A DNA stretch of 43,060 bases, from contig CBDBIJ010000045.1 in NCBI GenBank assembly GCA_965205655.1, positions 1 to 43,060 of the forward strand. Direction: 5' to 3'. Positions 28,823-38,356 of this stretch are shown here, piece by piece. The notes beneath the pieces were generated by a model. That model saw nothing but the letters and a program-made list of their open reading frames with translations, had not been told where the DNA came from and did no database searches. The DNA is from Candidatus Latescibacterota bacterium (GTDB lineage Bacteria > Latescibacterota > UBA2968 > UBA8231). Every line of letters begins with the position of its first letter. The stretch's first letter is position 1. Position numbers and translations under genes: made by a program.

Positions 28823-29656
28823 ATGAAGCTGATCGAGCAAATAGCCACGTGGGTGACGGGCGGCCTACCCGCGACTGACGAGGGCGACGATCGCCCCGTA
28901 TCGTCGGTTCCATTTCCGCCGTGGAGTGTGAAGGTGATTCTGCTTTGGATTCTAGGATTCTTTTTCCTCTCCGGAATTGTCGGAGCAGTGGTCGCTCTGG
29001 GGTTGATTTATGTTGATCGATGGGGAGATCTCGGATGGCATCCACACGCACGGATGTTTGTCGGGACCAGGATAAGCGAGTTCACGTATGCGCTTGTCGC
29101 GTTCGGGTTTGTTCGATGGCGACTGCGGAAGGCAAGGTCTTCGATAGGAGAGCTCTGGGGGAGTAAACCTTGGGCAGGGCCAAGGACGCTACTCTTGCTT
29201 GTGGCCGCGGCAGCTGTACTCAAGCAAGGTGAATCCATGCTCCACTTGTGGCTATCGGGCAAACCCGATATCGCCCCGGAGAGCTTGACAGCCCTTGATT
29301 GGAAATTTGGGTTCGCGTTGGATTTCCTATCGCTTGTAGCAGTCGTAAGCATCGTCGAAGAGATCCTATTCCGGGGTCTCCTCTATCGAGCTTTAAGACG
29401 GTCGCTAAGCTTCCCGCTGTCAGCAGCAATCTCATCAAGTGTATTTGCGGCTTACCATTTTGAGTATCTGTTAACCGATATGCTTCGTCTCACTTGGGCA
29501 TTCGCGATTGGTATGATTTCCAGTACGCTGCTAGAACGGAGTGGATCACTCACGGCATGTGCCTGGCTTCATGCATTGGTAAATCTAGCAGCGATCAGTG
29601 TTGTTCGACTACCTAATGGCATAATTCTAGCCAGCTTATTGGCGAGCGAGAGGTAG
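28823..29656 (+). CDS. CPBP/Abi (CAAX protease-like) intramembrane metalloprotease
   Basis: EEILFRG, FAAYH and HALVN motifs; multi-TM; starts 3 nt after the ABC stop. Confidence 0.9.
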   Translation: MKLIEQIATWVTGGLPATDEGDDRPVSSVPFPPWSVKVILLWILGFFFLSGIVGAVVALGLIYVDRWGDLGWHPHARMFVGTRISEFTYALVAFGFVRWRLRKARSSIGELWGSKPWAGPRTLLLLVAAAAVLKQGESMLHLWLSGKPDIAPESLTALDWKFGFALDFLSLVAVVSIVEEILFRGLLYRALRRSLSFPLSAAISSSVFAAYHFEYLLTDMLRLTWAFAIGMISSTLLERSGSLTACAWLHALVNLAAISVVRLPNGIILASLLASER

Positions 29657-29680
29657 GACGCGTCACAAGGAGATGGCAAT

Positions 29681-30044
29681 ATGAGTAGAATTAGGAAACC
29701 CGCAAGAAGCAGCTACGGGGAGAGCAATATCCAAGCATACGCGAGCGAAGCCACGTTTTTCTACAGCTCGCGCTGATGCCACTCGCGTTGCTAGCAGGAA
29801 CAATCTCTCAGCAGCACAAATGGAAAACGCGCGCAGACAGGAGGAGGAAGGGAAGCGAATCGAGACTGCACTAGACCGAATTCATGCCGAGGCTCGGAAA
29901 AAGACAACCTATAGCATGATCATTGGGGCCGCGTCCGGCGCTGTTGTGGCTGGAGGTCCTGGAGCCGTAGGCGGTGGTATCGGTGGTTTTGGAACTGGTA
30001 TTCTCAACACTTGCACAGGTTCCCGGTATCACCGTCTTCCGTAG
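29681..30044 (+). CDS. Glycine-zipper, bacteriocin/toxin-like small protein (~120 aa if one base is removed, e.g. in the T-run at 29756-29760)
   Basis: AAGGAG 8 nt before ATG 29681. Charged helical N-part, then IIGAASGAVVAGGPGAVGGGIGGFGTGIL (tandem GxxxG). A shorter intact ORF runs 29820-30044. Confidence 0.55.
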
Positions 30045-30340
30045 TAGAGTCCTTTTCAAGCGGTTGACGATGTAGCGTAACAACCCTTACCTGAACCTGA
30101 CGCTCCACCTCTCGCTCGCCATCACACTCTCCGTTATGCCAAGCAGATTTCAGCACGCCGCCTTTCAACCCGTACCACCCTCGACTCAACTGCGTAACCA
30201 TTTCGGAAACACCGCAACCACACTGAGACTTTACCGCATCATTCTTCGCTCCTGTAGGTACATCAGATCAGCCCGTGACATAGATGTTGCCTGCACTCGT
30301 GGCGGCAGAAGCAGCAGCTCACAGTCACGAGGTATCTCTA

Positions 30341-31385
30341 ATGACCTACCGACGATCCACGTTCAACCAGGGAAGCGCCTCGCGTCTCGCGGCATTCATC
30401 AACAGACTTCACAGGGAAAACAAGCTGTACAGATTCTTTCCGGACACAACGGGCACCGAACTGATCCGAGCCGCTAGCAAAGCAGAGCACGTCGGCACAT
30501 TTCTGCTCGAGCACAGCGAACAGATCATCGCGGCTGTCACGGTGGAGGAGCTCTGGAAGGAAGGACGAATTGCCGTCTTCTCATGCGTTGAGATGGACCC
30601 CCGCCAGCGAAATCCCTTCTGGGTTCATCTCGGGAAGCCATTGATGAGGGGTGTTTTGTCGAAGCTCTTTTGACAGGCTGGAGACGAAACCGGCCACATG
30701 GCTCGGCAGAGGAAGTGCTCTGTTAGGTCGCTACGGATTTCGGATGGCTCCCGGCCCGGATGCTACAATGACCAACTACCTGCCCGCGATTCTCAGACAC
30801 CCGGCGACAAGGATGTTTTTTCAGCATTGCGATTTCCTGGATTGTCTGCGCGTCGACAACGGATGCAGTGGTATCCTCACAGGACGTGAAAACATCAAGC
30901 TCGTAAAATATTTCTGGTCTACCGATGATGCGATGCTGCAGGTCCTCGTCGACAGCGAACGACATCAGATTGCGCTGATAGATCGCCAGGATTGGTCGGC
31001 TTGCTGCTATACAGCGTCGGAATCTCCCTTTCAAATACACTACAGAATCGGCAACAAGATGGGCACGTCCGAGACTGTTCGAATACAAAGAGCAGGCGGA
31101 AAGGCGGGCAGGAGCCAAACCTACACGCTGCTGCCGAATAGGCACGTCGAGGGAGACATCTTCGTCATGGACCGTCCGAATCAGCGGTATGATGGCGTTC
31201 CCACCAATCAAGAAGTGGAGATCCTTGTAGAGGTCGGTGGGGAGGAAGTCCCTTTCAGTCTACGGCGGTTCAGGCAGGATGCTACCAGAAACAAGCATCG
31301 GCACATGGACGGCCGCCGGCAGACGGGGCTCAGAGATTCCGGGCATGAGTCTACGGCGTTCGAATTCGCGCGCCGCTCCACATGA
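30341..31385 (+). CDS. Divergent GNAT-like protein (frameshift at ~30655; possibly decayed)
   Basis: GAGG RBS, then MTYRRS...ASRLAAFIN...FLLEHSEQIIAAV...VFSCVEMDPRQR, then FDRLET...LLGRYGF...TNYLPAIL. This is the GNAT secondary-structure order, but the acetyl-CoA loop is degenerate. Confidence 0.45.
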
Positions 31386-31433
31386 CCGGGTTCGGTCATG
31401 GCAGCCGCGTTGATGGTGGGTATATGCTGCCGC

Positions 31434-32707
31434 TTAGAAGGGGAGCAGATCTCCGCTGTCGTCGAACTTGATTTCGCTAGGCACTTCGAGGACACTCAGT
31501 TCCTCGCGCTTTTCGACGTCGGGCAAGTAGGCTTCCGAGGCGAGGATCTCCACCAGGTCGAGAGTGTCGTGGATGCGGACGATCTTTTCTTTGCCGGGCT
31601 CGGCGAGACCGACGGTCTTCAGGGCCTTCTCCATGATTTCGCGGTCTGTGTCGAATGGATCGGGATCGAAGCCGCCGAGGGGTGGTTCCCGGTCATCGAG
31701 TTGATGTATGTGATCTCGCGATCCACCTTGTCGACGGCGCGCTTGTGGGCGAACTCGGCCATGCCGAAGCCGCAGGCATTGCCGTGTGTTTCGTCGGTCA
31801 GATCGCGAACCATGATGCGGGTGACCTTGGGGAATTCTTTTTCAGCGGCGTGGTGGTCGTTGTATTTGCGGCCGACGACGTTCGTATCCATCCCCGACCC
31901 GGAGATGTTCTTGCCGATGCGGTCAACGATGAGCAGATCGATGCGCTCGAAGGGCATAACTCGGCATCCAGCGCTTGGCCAGCATGAGGAGCTCTTTCTC
32001 GCCTTCGACAAAATCCGCCGGTGCGACGGCCCGCACCAGGGCCGTCTTGTCGGACTGATTCTCCACGATTCCGAGCCCGAAAAGGACACCGCACTTGTCG
32101 ATCACGGTCTGACCGACGGCGAACGGACAATGCGGTCGAAAGCTGTAGTGGACAATCGCCTGGTGGTAGAGCGCCGCCCCTTTGTGTTTGCCGAGGCCGA
32201 TGAGCATCATTTTGTGGAGGCCACTTTCGATCTCGCCAGTGAAGCTCGTGTGCGCCTTGACGCTGACCGGAAACGACCACGTGATCCGCCTCGTAAGCAT
32301 GTACTTATCGAAATAGACGGCAACCCCTTCTTCGGTTTCGCCAACCTGCTCGACTTCCATCGACGACTTTGATGGGCGCTCCGATATAGTGCTCTTCGGT
32401 GACTCCGTAGCCCTTCCACGATCGCCCGTTGTCCCTCAGCCGTGCCACCACCGTGGCTGCCCATGGCGGGGACGACGAACGGCTTGGTGCCGAGAGTCAT
32501 TGAGCTCTTCGATGACCGTCTTCGGGTGATGAGGGCGATATTGGCGATGCCACGGCTGCCGACGGTGACGGCGACGCTGTCACCTGCCTTGACCTTCGAA
32601 TACCGAGGTCGAGTTTGGCGATTTCCGAGCGCACGCCACCGGGAATATCCTCGAGAGTCGGGAGAGTCGAAGTGCTGTTTGACGCGCATCATTCGCGGAA
32701 AAGCCAT
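31434..32707 (-). CDS. LarA/DUF2088-like (nickel-pincer-associated isomerase family) protein, split by many indels
   Basis: MAFPRMMRVKQHF, VAVTVGSRGIANI, PAMGSHGGGTAEGQ, VKAHTSF, ESGLHKMMLIGLGKHKGA, IGKNISGSGMDTNVVGR, THGNACGFG, across at least four frame segments. Confidence 0.8.
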
Positions 32708-32867
32708 GCAAACCTCCTCAAATGCTGAGTTGCACTCATGTTCAGATGGACAAATATAACAAATAGAAACGGCGGGTCACGCCAAGAGCGGCGTCCCTAT
32801 GATCCGACCCAGCCACCGTTGGGAAGATCCTCAGGTTCATGCCATCGAGAACAGCGGTGCTCGCCAC

Positions 32868-34023
32868 TCAGATGGCCTCCCTGAAGAGCGCCTCGATATC
32901 CTCTGCCTCTGTCTTCCTCGGATTGACGGCGATGTTTCCGCTGGCCATGGCGCCGCGGGTCATCGAGCGGATGGCATTCGCCTTGACGCCGACCTCGCCG
33001 AGTTTGGAAGGAATGCCGAGATCGTCATTGAGGCTGACGCACCTGCTCGATGGCGAGCCAGCGGCGTCTCGATCGCTGAGCCCCTCAGTCTCCTGCCCGA
33101 GGGCGCCGGCGATGGCGGCGAGCTTTTCCATTCGCGAAGGCAGGTTGAACTCCATGACGTATGGGAGCAGGATTGCGTTGGCGAGGCCGTGATGAGTGCC
33201 GAAGTGGCCGCCCACGGCATGGGACATGGCGTGGACGTTACCCAGGCGGGTCCTGGGAAAAGGCGAGCCCCCCCAGGGCGCTGGCAATGAGCATGCGCTC
33301 GGTGGCCTCCAGTTCGTAGTCGTTTGCGCAGGCGCGGCGGAGGTTTTCGGCGATGAGCTCGATAGCTGTCATGGCGATGCCTTCCGATATCGGGCTCGCC
33401 ATCAGAGAGACATAGGACTCGATCGCATGTGTGAGCGCGTCGACGCCGGTGGGCGCGCCCAATGAAATCGGCAGGGCGACCGACAGGTCGGGGTCCAGGA
33501 TGCCGACCTGCGGCACGATCTTCCAGCTGATGACCGGGTCCTTGCTGTGCGTCCTCGGATTCGTCAGCACCGCGAAGGGAGTGACCTCACTTCCGGTGCC
33601 GTATGTCGTGGGGATACAGAGCAGGGGAGGCAGGTCCTCGGAAACCTTGCCGGCGCCCAGGTAGAGGTCGATGCGGCCGCCGTTCGTAGCCACGACACCG
33701 ATCATCTTGGCGACATCCATGGGGCTGCCGCCGCCGACGGCGACAATGGCATCGCATCCCTCTCGTTCGTAAAGGCGGTGTCCCGCGTGCACACACCGCG
33801 CTGGCGGGTTCCCGAGTACGCCGTCGAACACGGCGTACTCCAGAGCCGCATCGTCCAGGACACTCGCAACCCGGTCGACGATTCCGGCCTGCCGCAGGCC
33901 CTTGTCGGTGACGACGAGGACCTTCACCCCATCGGGAAGGAGCTCCGGAATGCGGGCAATAGTGCCACTGCCGTGTACGAGATGAGCAGGGCAGCGAAAA
34001 TCGAAACTGGATTGAAAGGGCAT
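32868..34023 (-). CDS. Iron-containing alcohol dehydrogenase (indels near 33260)
   Basis: VAVGGGSPMDVAK, IPTTYGTGSEVT, DALTHAIESY, LGNVHAMSH, HGLANAILLP. Confidence 0.9.
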
Positions 34024-34026
34024 CGT

Positions 34027-34590
34027 TTACAGTTCCAGGTAGTCCCACAATTCGTCCAGGCTGTGAATCGTCGGACCGTCGACTGGCTGATTGGATTCGT
34101 GAGAAAGGTGGATGTACTCGACACCGGCGGCAGCGCTGGCGGCACAGTCGTAATGGCCGTCGCCGACGAAGCGGACCTGCGCTGGCGAGAGGCCAAGTTC
34201 CCGAAGGGCCATCAACAACAGATCGGGTGCCGGTTTGAGGGTGCCATCCTCACGACTGAGCATGAGATCGAAACAGAGCCCGATTTTCTCGACGACGTGT
34301 TCCATCGCTTCCCGATGGTTGTTCGTGACGAGTCCGAGTCTGATGCCGCGGGCGCGCAGCCGGATCGTCAGCTCGATGATTCCCGGAGTCGGTGTCGCCT
34401 TTCGGGCCGCTGCGAACTCGGCCTGTCTGAGTCTCACTTCAGCAGATTCTCTCTCATCGGCGGGGAGCGAGGAGATATGGTCCATGATTGCCGTCCCCTG
34501 CGGCACGCCCAGCCGATCCCGCAACGCGCGCCAGTCGATGTTCGGTTCGGTGACGGTTCCGTCCATGTCGAAGAGGATGGCCTCGATCAT
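34027..34590 (-). CDS. HAD-family hydrolase
   Basis: ILFDMDGT, LVTNN, KPAPD, FVGDGHYD...AAG. Confidence 0.9.
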   Translation of the reverse strand: MIEAILFDMDGTVTEPNIDWRALRDRLGVPQGTAIMDHISSLPADERESAEVRLRQAEFAAARKATPTPGIIELTIRLRARGIRLGLVTNNHREAMEHVVEKIGLCFDLMLSREDGTLKPAPDLLLMALRELGLSPAQVRFVGDGHYDCAASAAAGVEYIHLSHESNQPVDGPTIHSLDELWDYLEL

Positions 34591-35609
34591 TCGAACAGCC
34601 TCGTGAGCTCATCGACCTCGAACCGAGGCAGGGGTCTCAGCTCGCCATCATCGCCGATCTGAAGCTCAAAGTCCTCTTCACGCGCATGGGCGATGCGATC
34701 GACGCGGATACCATCGTTCCGCAATGCCTTCATGACGGCGCTCGAGGAGGTCTGCGGGCAGCCGATGAGAAGGGCGCCCGACGAGATGATTCCGAGTGGA
34801 TCGAGGCCGTACTCGCCGCAGAGTCGAGCTGACTCGGGAGCGACATGCAGCGCTTCCCGATGCACCTCGAGTCCCACCCCGGAAGCGGCGGCGAGTTCGA
34901 AGAGACCCGTGGCCACACCTCCTTCGGTGGGATCGTGCATGGCGTGGATTGGGACACCGCTCTCCAGTGCCAGTCGCGCATCACGAACGACGCTGATTCC
35001 CGGGTCGCGAAGATATCTTGCGCAACGCTCGAGAAACAGTGGCTCGTACCCTTTCTTCAGCAAATCCTCCCTCTTCTCCCGGGCGATGACGGACGTGGCC
35101 TCGATGGCCAGTCCCTTGGTGAGCAAAACCTCGTCGTTCGGCTCGAGCCCCGACGAGCGCACCAGACGGTCGCGTTCGACTTCCCCAAGCATCTGGCCGA
35201 CGACGATTGGCCGGTCGATGCCATGGGTGATCTCGGTGTGGCCTCCGCACACGGTGATGCCCAGCTCGCCGGCCGCTTCATAGATGGAGGCGAAGATCGA
35301 TTCGACGAGCGACGTCGTCGCCTCCTCTTGAGGGATGATGATCGTGGCCATGAAGAAGCGCGGCTCGGCTCCCATGGCAGCGACGTCGTTGGCGTTGATG
35401 TTGACGGCGTACCAGCCGATGGCGTCGGTGGCGAAGGTGATTGGATCCGTCTTGGCCACGAGACAGCGATCCCCGAAGTCGATGACGGCGGCGTCCTCGC
35501 CGACGCCGGGTGGGACGATGAGTCGGGGGTCATCGGCGTGGGTGTAGGACCGGATCATACCCTCCAGCACGTCGTGGGGGAGCTTGCCAGCGGCGAACCT
35601 GGAGGTCAT
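34587..35609 (-). CDS. AIR synthase-related (PurM/HypE-like) ATP-binding protein
   Basis: GKLP, GVGEDAAV, KTDPITF, NANDVAAMGAEP, GGHTE, LTKGLAIEAT, AMHDPTEGG, DPLGIISSGALL. Confidence 0.85.
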   Translation of the reverse strand: MTSRFAAGKLPHDVLEGMIRSYTHADDPRLIVPPGVGEDAAVIDFGDRCLVAKTDPITFATDAIGWYAVNINANDVAAMGAEPRFFMATIIIPQEEATTSLVESIFASIYEAAGELGITVCGGHTEITHGIDRPIVVGQMLGEVERDRLVRSSGLEPNDEVLLTKGLAIEATSVIAREKREDLLKKGYEPLFLERCARYLRDPGISVVRDARLALESGVPIHAMHDPTEGGVATGLFELAAASGVGLEVHREALHVAPESARLCGEYGLDPLGIISSGALLIGCPQTSSSAVMKALRNDGIRVDRIAHAREEDFELQIGDDGELRPLPRFEVDELTRLFE

Positions 35610-37177
35610 TTCGCGCTCGCGCTATGGTAAAACCGACAGATGGCAGCGACGAGATTCGGAATACTACTTTCCTCCGGCTGCACCTCCACCTTCAGGCCCA
35701 ATTCCTCCACGGCTCGCGTCGTCGTCGGTCCAATGGAGGCGATGTGACCATCCGCAAGTCGACCGACGGCCCGTTTCCTTCCCATGAGGTCGCAGAAGTT
35801 GCGCACGCTGGAGGGGCTGGCGAAGACGAACAGGCCGATGGCGCCATCAACAAGTGCCTGAGGCAGCTCAGCGGAGGCCGGATCCGGGGGCCGATTCTCG
35901 TAGGCGACGACGCGACTCACGCGGGCCCCGCGGGCCGCGAGCTTTTCGTCGAGTATTGTGCGACCGATCGATGAAGCGGGAATCAGGAAATCCACGCTGG
36001 CGACTGGCAGCGACTCAAACGCGAGAGCCAGCCCTTCCTGAGACTGCTCATCTGGCACGAGGTCCGGCAGCAGTCCCCGCAACCGGAGATGGTCTGCGGT
36101 GGACAGCCCCACTGCCGCGACCGAAACGTCCCCGAAGGCCCGGGAATCCCGAGCACTCTCATCGAGCCGCTGAAACAGAAAGTCGACGCTGTTGGGACTG
36201 GTGAAAACGACCCAGTCGAAATCGGAAAGGCGCCCGAGGGCAGCGTCGAGCTCCGACCAATCGCGCGGCGGCTGAATATCGAGGAGGGGCAGGGCGGAGA
36301 CGTCGGCCCCCTCCGCTTCCAGCATGAGTTGTAGAGGGGCGGCTTGCTCGCGGCTGCGGGTGATGAGCACGCGACGGCCGAACAGCGGTTTGCCCTCGAA
36401 CCAGTTGAGCTGCTCCCGCAGGGATACGACCTCGCCAACGACGGCGAGAGTCGGAGACTTCAGTGCCTCTTTCCGGACCTGTTCGACGATGTCTCGGAGC
36501 GTGGAGACGACCGTGTGCTGGTGCGGCCAGGTGCCCCACTCGATGACGGCAGCAGCCGTATCTGGCGGCCGACCACCCTCGATGAGGGCTGTGGTGATGT
36601 CAGGCAGATTGCGATTCCCCATGAAGACGATGAGGGTGGTGGACTCGAGCTGGGCAAGTTTCCCCCAGTCGACGCTCGGCGAGGGCTTGCCAGGGTCTTC
36701 ATGACCGGTCACCAGAACAGCAGAGGTTGCAATGTTGCGATGGGTGAGCGGAATGCCGGTGTAGGCAGGCACCCCCGAGGCAGCTGACACGCCGGACACA
36801 ACCTCGAACGGGATACCCGCTTCTTTGAGGGCGAGTGCCTCCTCGCCGCCTCTGCCGAAGACGTAGGGGTCGCCCCCCTTGAGCCGCACGACTCTGCGCC
36901 CTTCGCTGGCGTAAGCGATGAGCAGCTGGTTGACGTCATCCTGCGATCTGGCCCGGCTGCCGCCGCGATGGCCGACGTACACCCTGTCGCACGCCTGAGA
37001 GGCCATTTCGAGCAGGCGCGAGTCGAGGAGATCGTCGTAGAGCACGACGTCGGCCTCCCGAAGGTACCCCACACCCTTGAGAGTGAGCAGGCCGGGGTCT
37101 CCAGGGCCGGCGCCGACGATGTAGACGTGGCCGGCAGCTGCCGCGGGCAGATTGATGCCGGGGTCGGAGCCGATCAC
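35606..37177 (-). CDS. cobA-hemD: Fused uroporphyrinogen-III C-methyltransferase / uroporphyrinogen-III synthase
   Basis: VGAGPGDPGLLTLKG, VRLKGGDPYVFGRGGEE, VTGHED, then KPLFGRRVLITRS, VFTSPNSV, FASPSSV, IGPTT. Confidence 0.95.
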   Translation of the reverse strand: MIGSDPGINLPAAAAGHVYIVGAGPGDPGLLTLKGVGYLREADVVLYDDLLDSRLLEMASQACDRVYVGHRGGSRARSQDDVNQLLIAYASEGRRVVRLKGGDPYVFGRGGEEALALKEAGIPFEVVSGVSAASGVPAYTGIPLTHRNIATSAVLVTGHEDPGKPSPSVDWGKLAQLESTTLIVFMGNRNLPDITTALIEGGRPPDTAAAVIEWGTWPHQHTVVSTLRDIVEQVRKEALKSPTLAVVGEVVSLREQLNWFEGKPLFGRRVLITRSREQAAPLQLMLEAEGADVSALPLLDIQPPRDWSELDAALGRLSDFDWVVFTSPNSVDFLFQRLDESARDSRAFGDVSVAAVGLSTADHLRLRGLLPDLVPDEQSQEGLALAFESLPVASVDFLIPASSIGRTILDEKLAARGARVSRVVAYENRPPDPASAELPQALVDGAIGLFVFASPSSVRNFCDLMGRKRAVGRLADGHIASIGPTTTRAVEELGLKVEVQPEESSIPNLVAAICRFYHSASAK

Positions 37178-37193
37178 GATGAGGGCTCTAGAG

Positions 37194-38356
37194 TGTCCAG
37201 TTTCGGAATGGTGTTGACACTTCAGTCTCCCTGTTTGAGGATGCCGTCAGTGGCTCCCCAGAAGATGTCAGATGGTATCCGGCCTCGTGTTCGGTACCCC
37301 TGATGCGGCCGTTCGTCGTTATAGAAAGCCAGGTACCGTTTCAGACATCTGTCGAGCTGCGGACGAGCAGTGAAGTATCTCCTGCGAAAGGCCACACGCC
37401 AGTGCTCGTGAAGGATCGTGCCCTGCAGGCGTTCGACGAAGCCGTTGGTCCATGCGTGACGGGGTTTCGTACGTGTGTGACGGATACCCAGGCTCTGACA
37501 GGCTTCATCGAACTCTCCTTTGAACTCGCTTCCCCGGTCGGTCAGGACTCGCCGAAGCGACCATCCAGCGGCTTCGTAGAGCGGCAGGAGGATTTCCACC
37601 AGGAAACGGACGGCGTGCTCAGCGGTGTTGGCCGGAATGATGCGTGCAGCCGCGTACGAGCAGGCCGCATCGCAGGCCGTGATCTGCCAAACCTTCCCCA
37701 CTCCTTTGAGTCGGCCGATGTAGAAGGTGTCCAGACAGACGAGCTCACCCGGCTTGTTGGCCTCCACATGCCGCCTCTGGCGACGGGCGCGCTGCAGTTC
37801 CCGTCGCGTGCGCTCCGTGAGCAGACCTGCTCGCTGGGCACTGTGTCGTTCCAGGACGACGAGTCGCTGCTGCCGAGTTCCCAGATCCATGCGTCGCAGC
37901 GCTCGATAGATCGTGCTGGGCGACAAGGATCGGTGCTGTCGAGCCAGTTGCAGCGAATAGAAGCGGGGTCCGCAGGTGGGATGAGACAGTGCCATCGCAG
38001 AATCACCTGCTCGTCCTGGACCGACAGGCTGTGGGGACGTCCTCTGCGCGTCGTCCGACGTCGAGGGTGAAGCCCATCCCGACCGTAGCGCTCATATCGA
38101 TTTTTCCAGCGGTAGAACAGGGAGCGGGAAATCCCCAGCTCCCGGCAGGCTGCCGAGACATTACCGAGCTCTCCAGCTCGCTGTAGCGCCAGGAGACGTG
38201 TCGCATGTACTTTGTCCTCGAGGGTCATCGGGACACCTTCCCTGAGAGATGTTGTTTGGCGATAACTCTCCCAGAAAGGTACCCCTGGTGGCCTTCACTT
38301 GTTATACCACCCCAAACTCTAAAACTGTCAACAGTATTACGACATCGCTCACTTCA
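37194..38356 (-). mobile_element. IS481-family insertion sequence
   Basis: TG...CA ends; imperfect inverted repeats sharing TCG-AAT-TGTTGACA; 8-bp direct repeat CTCTAGAG at 37186-37193 and 38357-38364. Confidence 0.88.
37222..38228 (-). CDS. IS481-family transposase (indel at ~37997)
   Basis: RLLALQRAGELGNVSAACRELGISRSLFYRWK HTH; PGELVCLDTFYIG, VLTDRGSEF, PRHAWTNGFVERLQGT, YNDERPHQG. Confidence 0.9.

Noticed and set aside
34587..35609. Hydrogenase maturation hypE, or a second selD
   Set aside because: Lacks the C-terminal PRIC motif of HypE and the N-terminal Cys/Sec-x-x-Lys of SelD; no hyp genes nearby.
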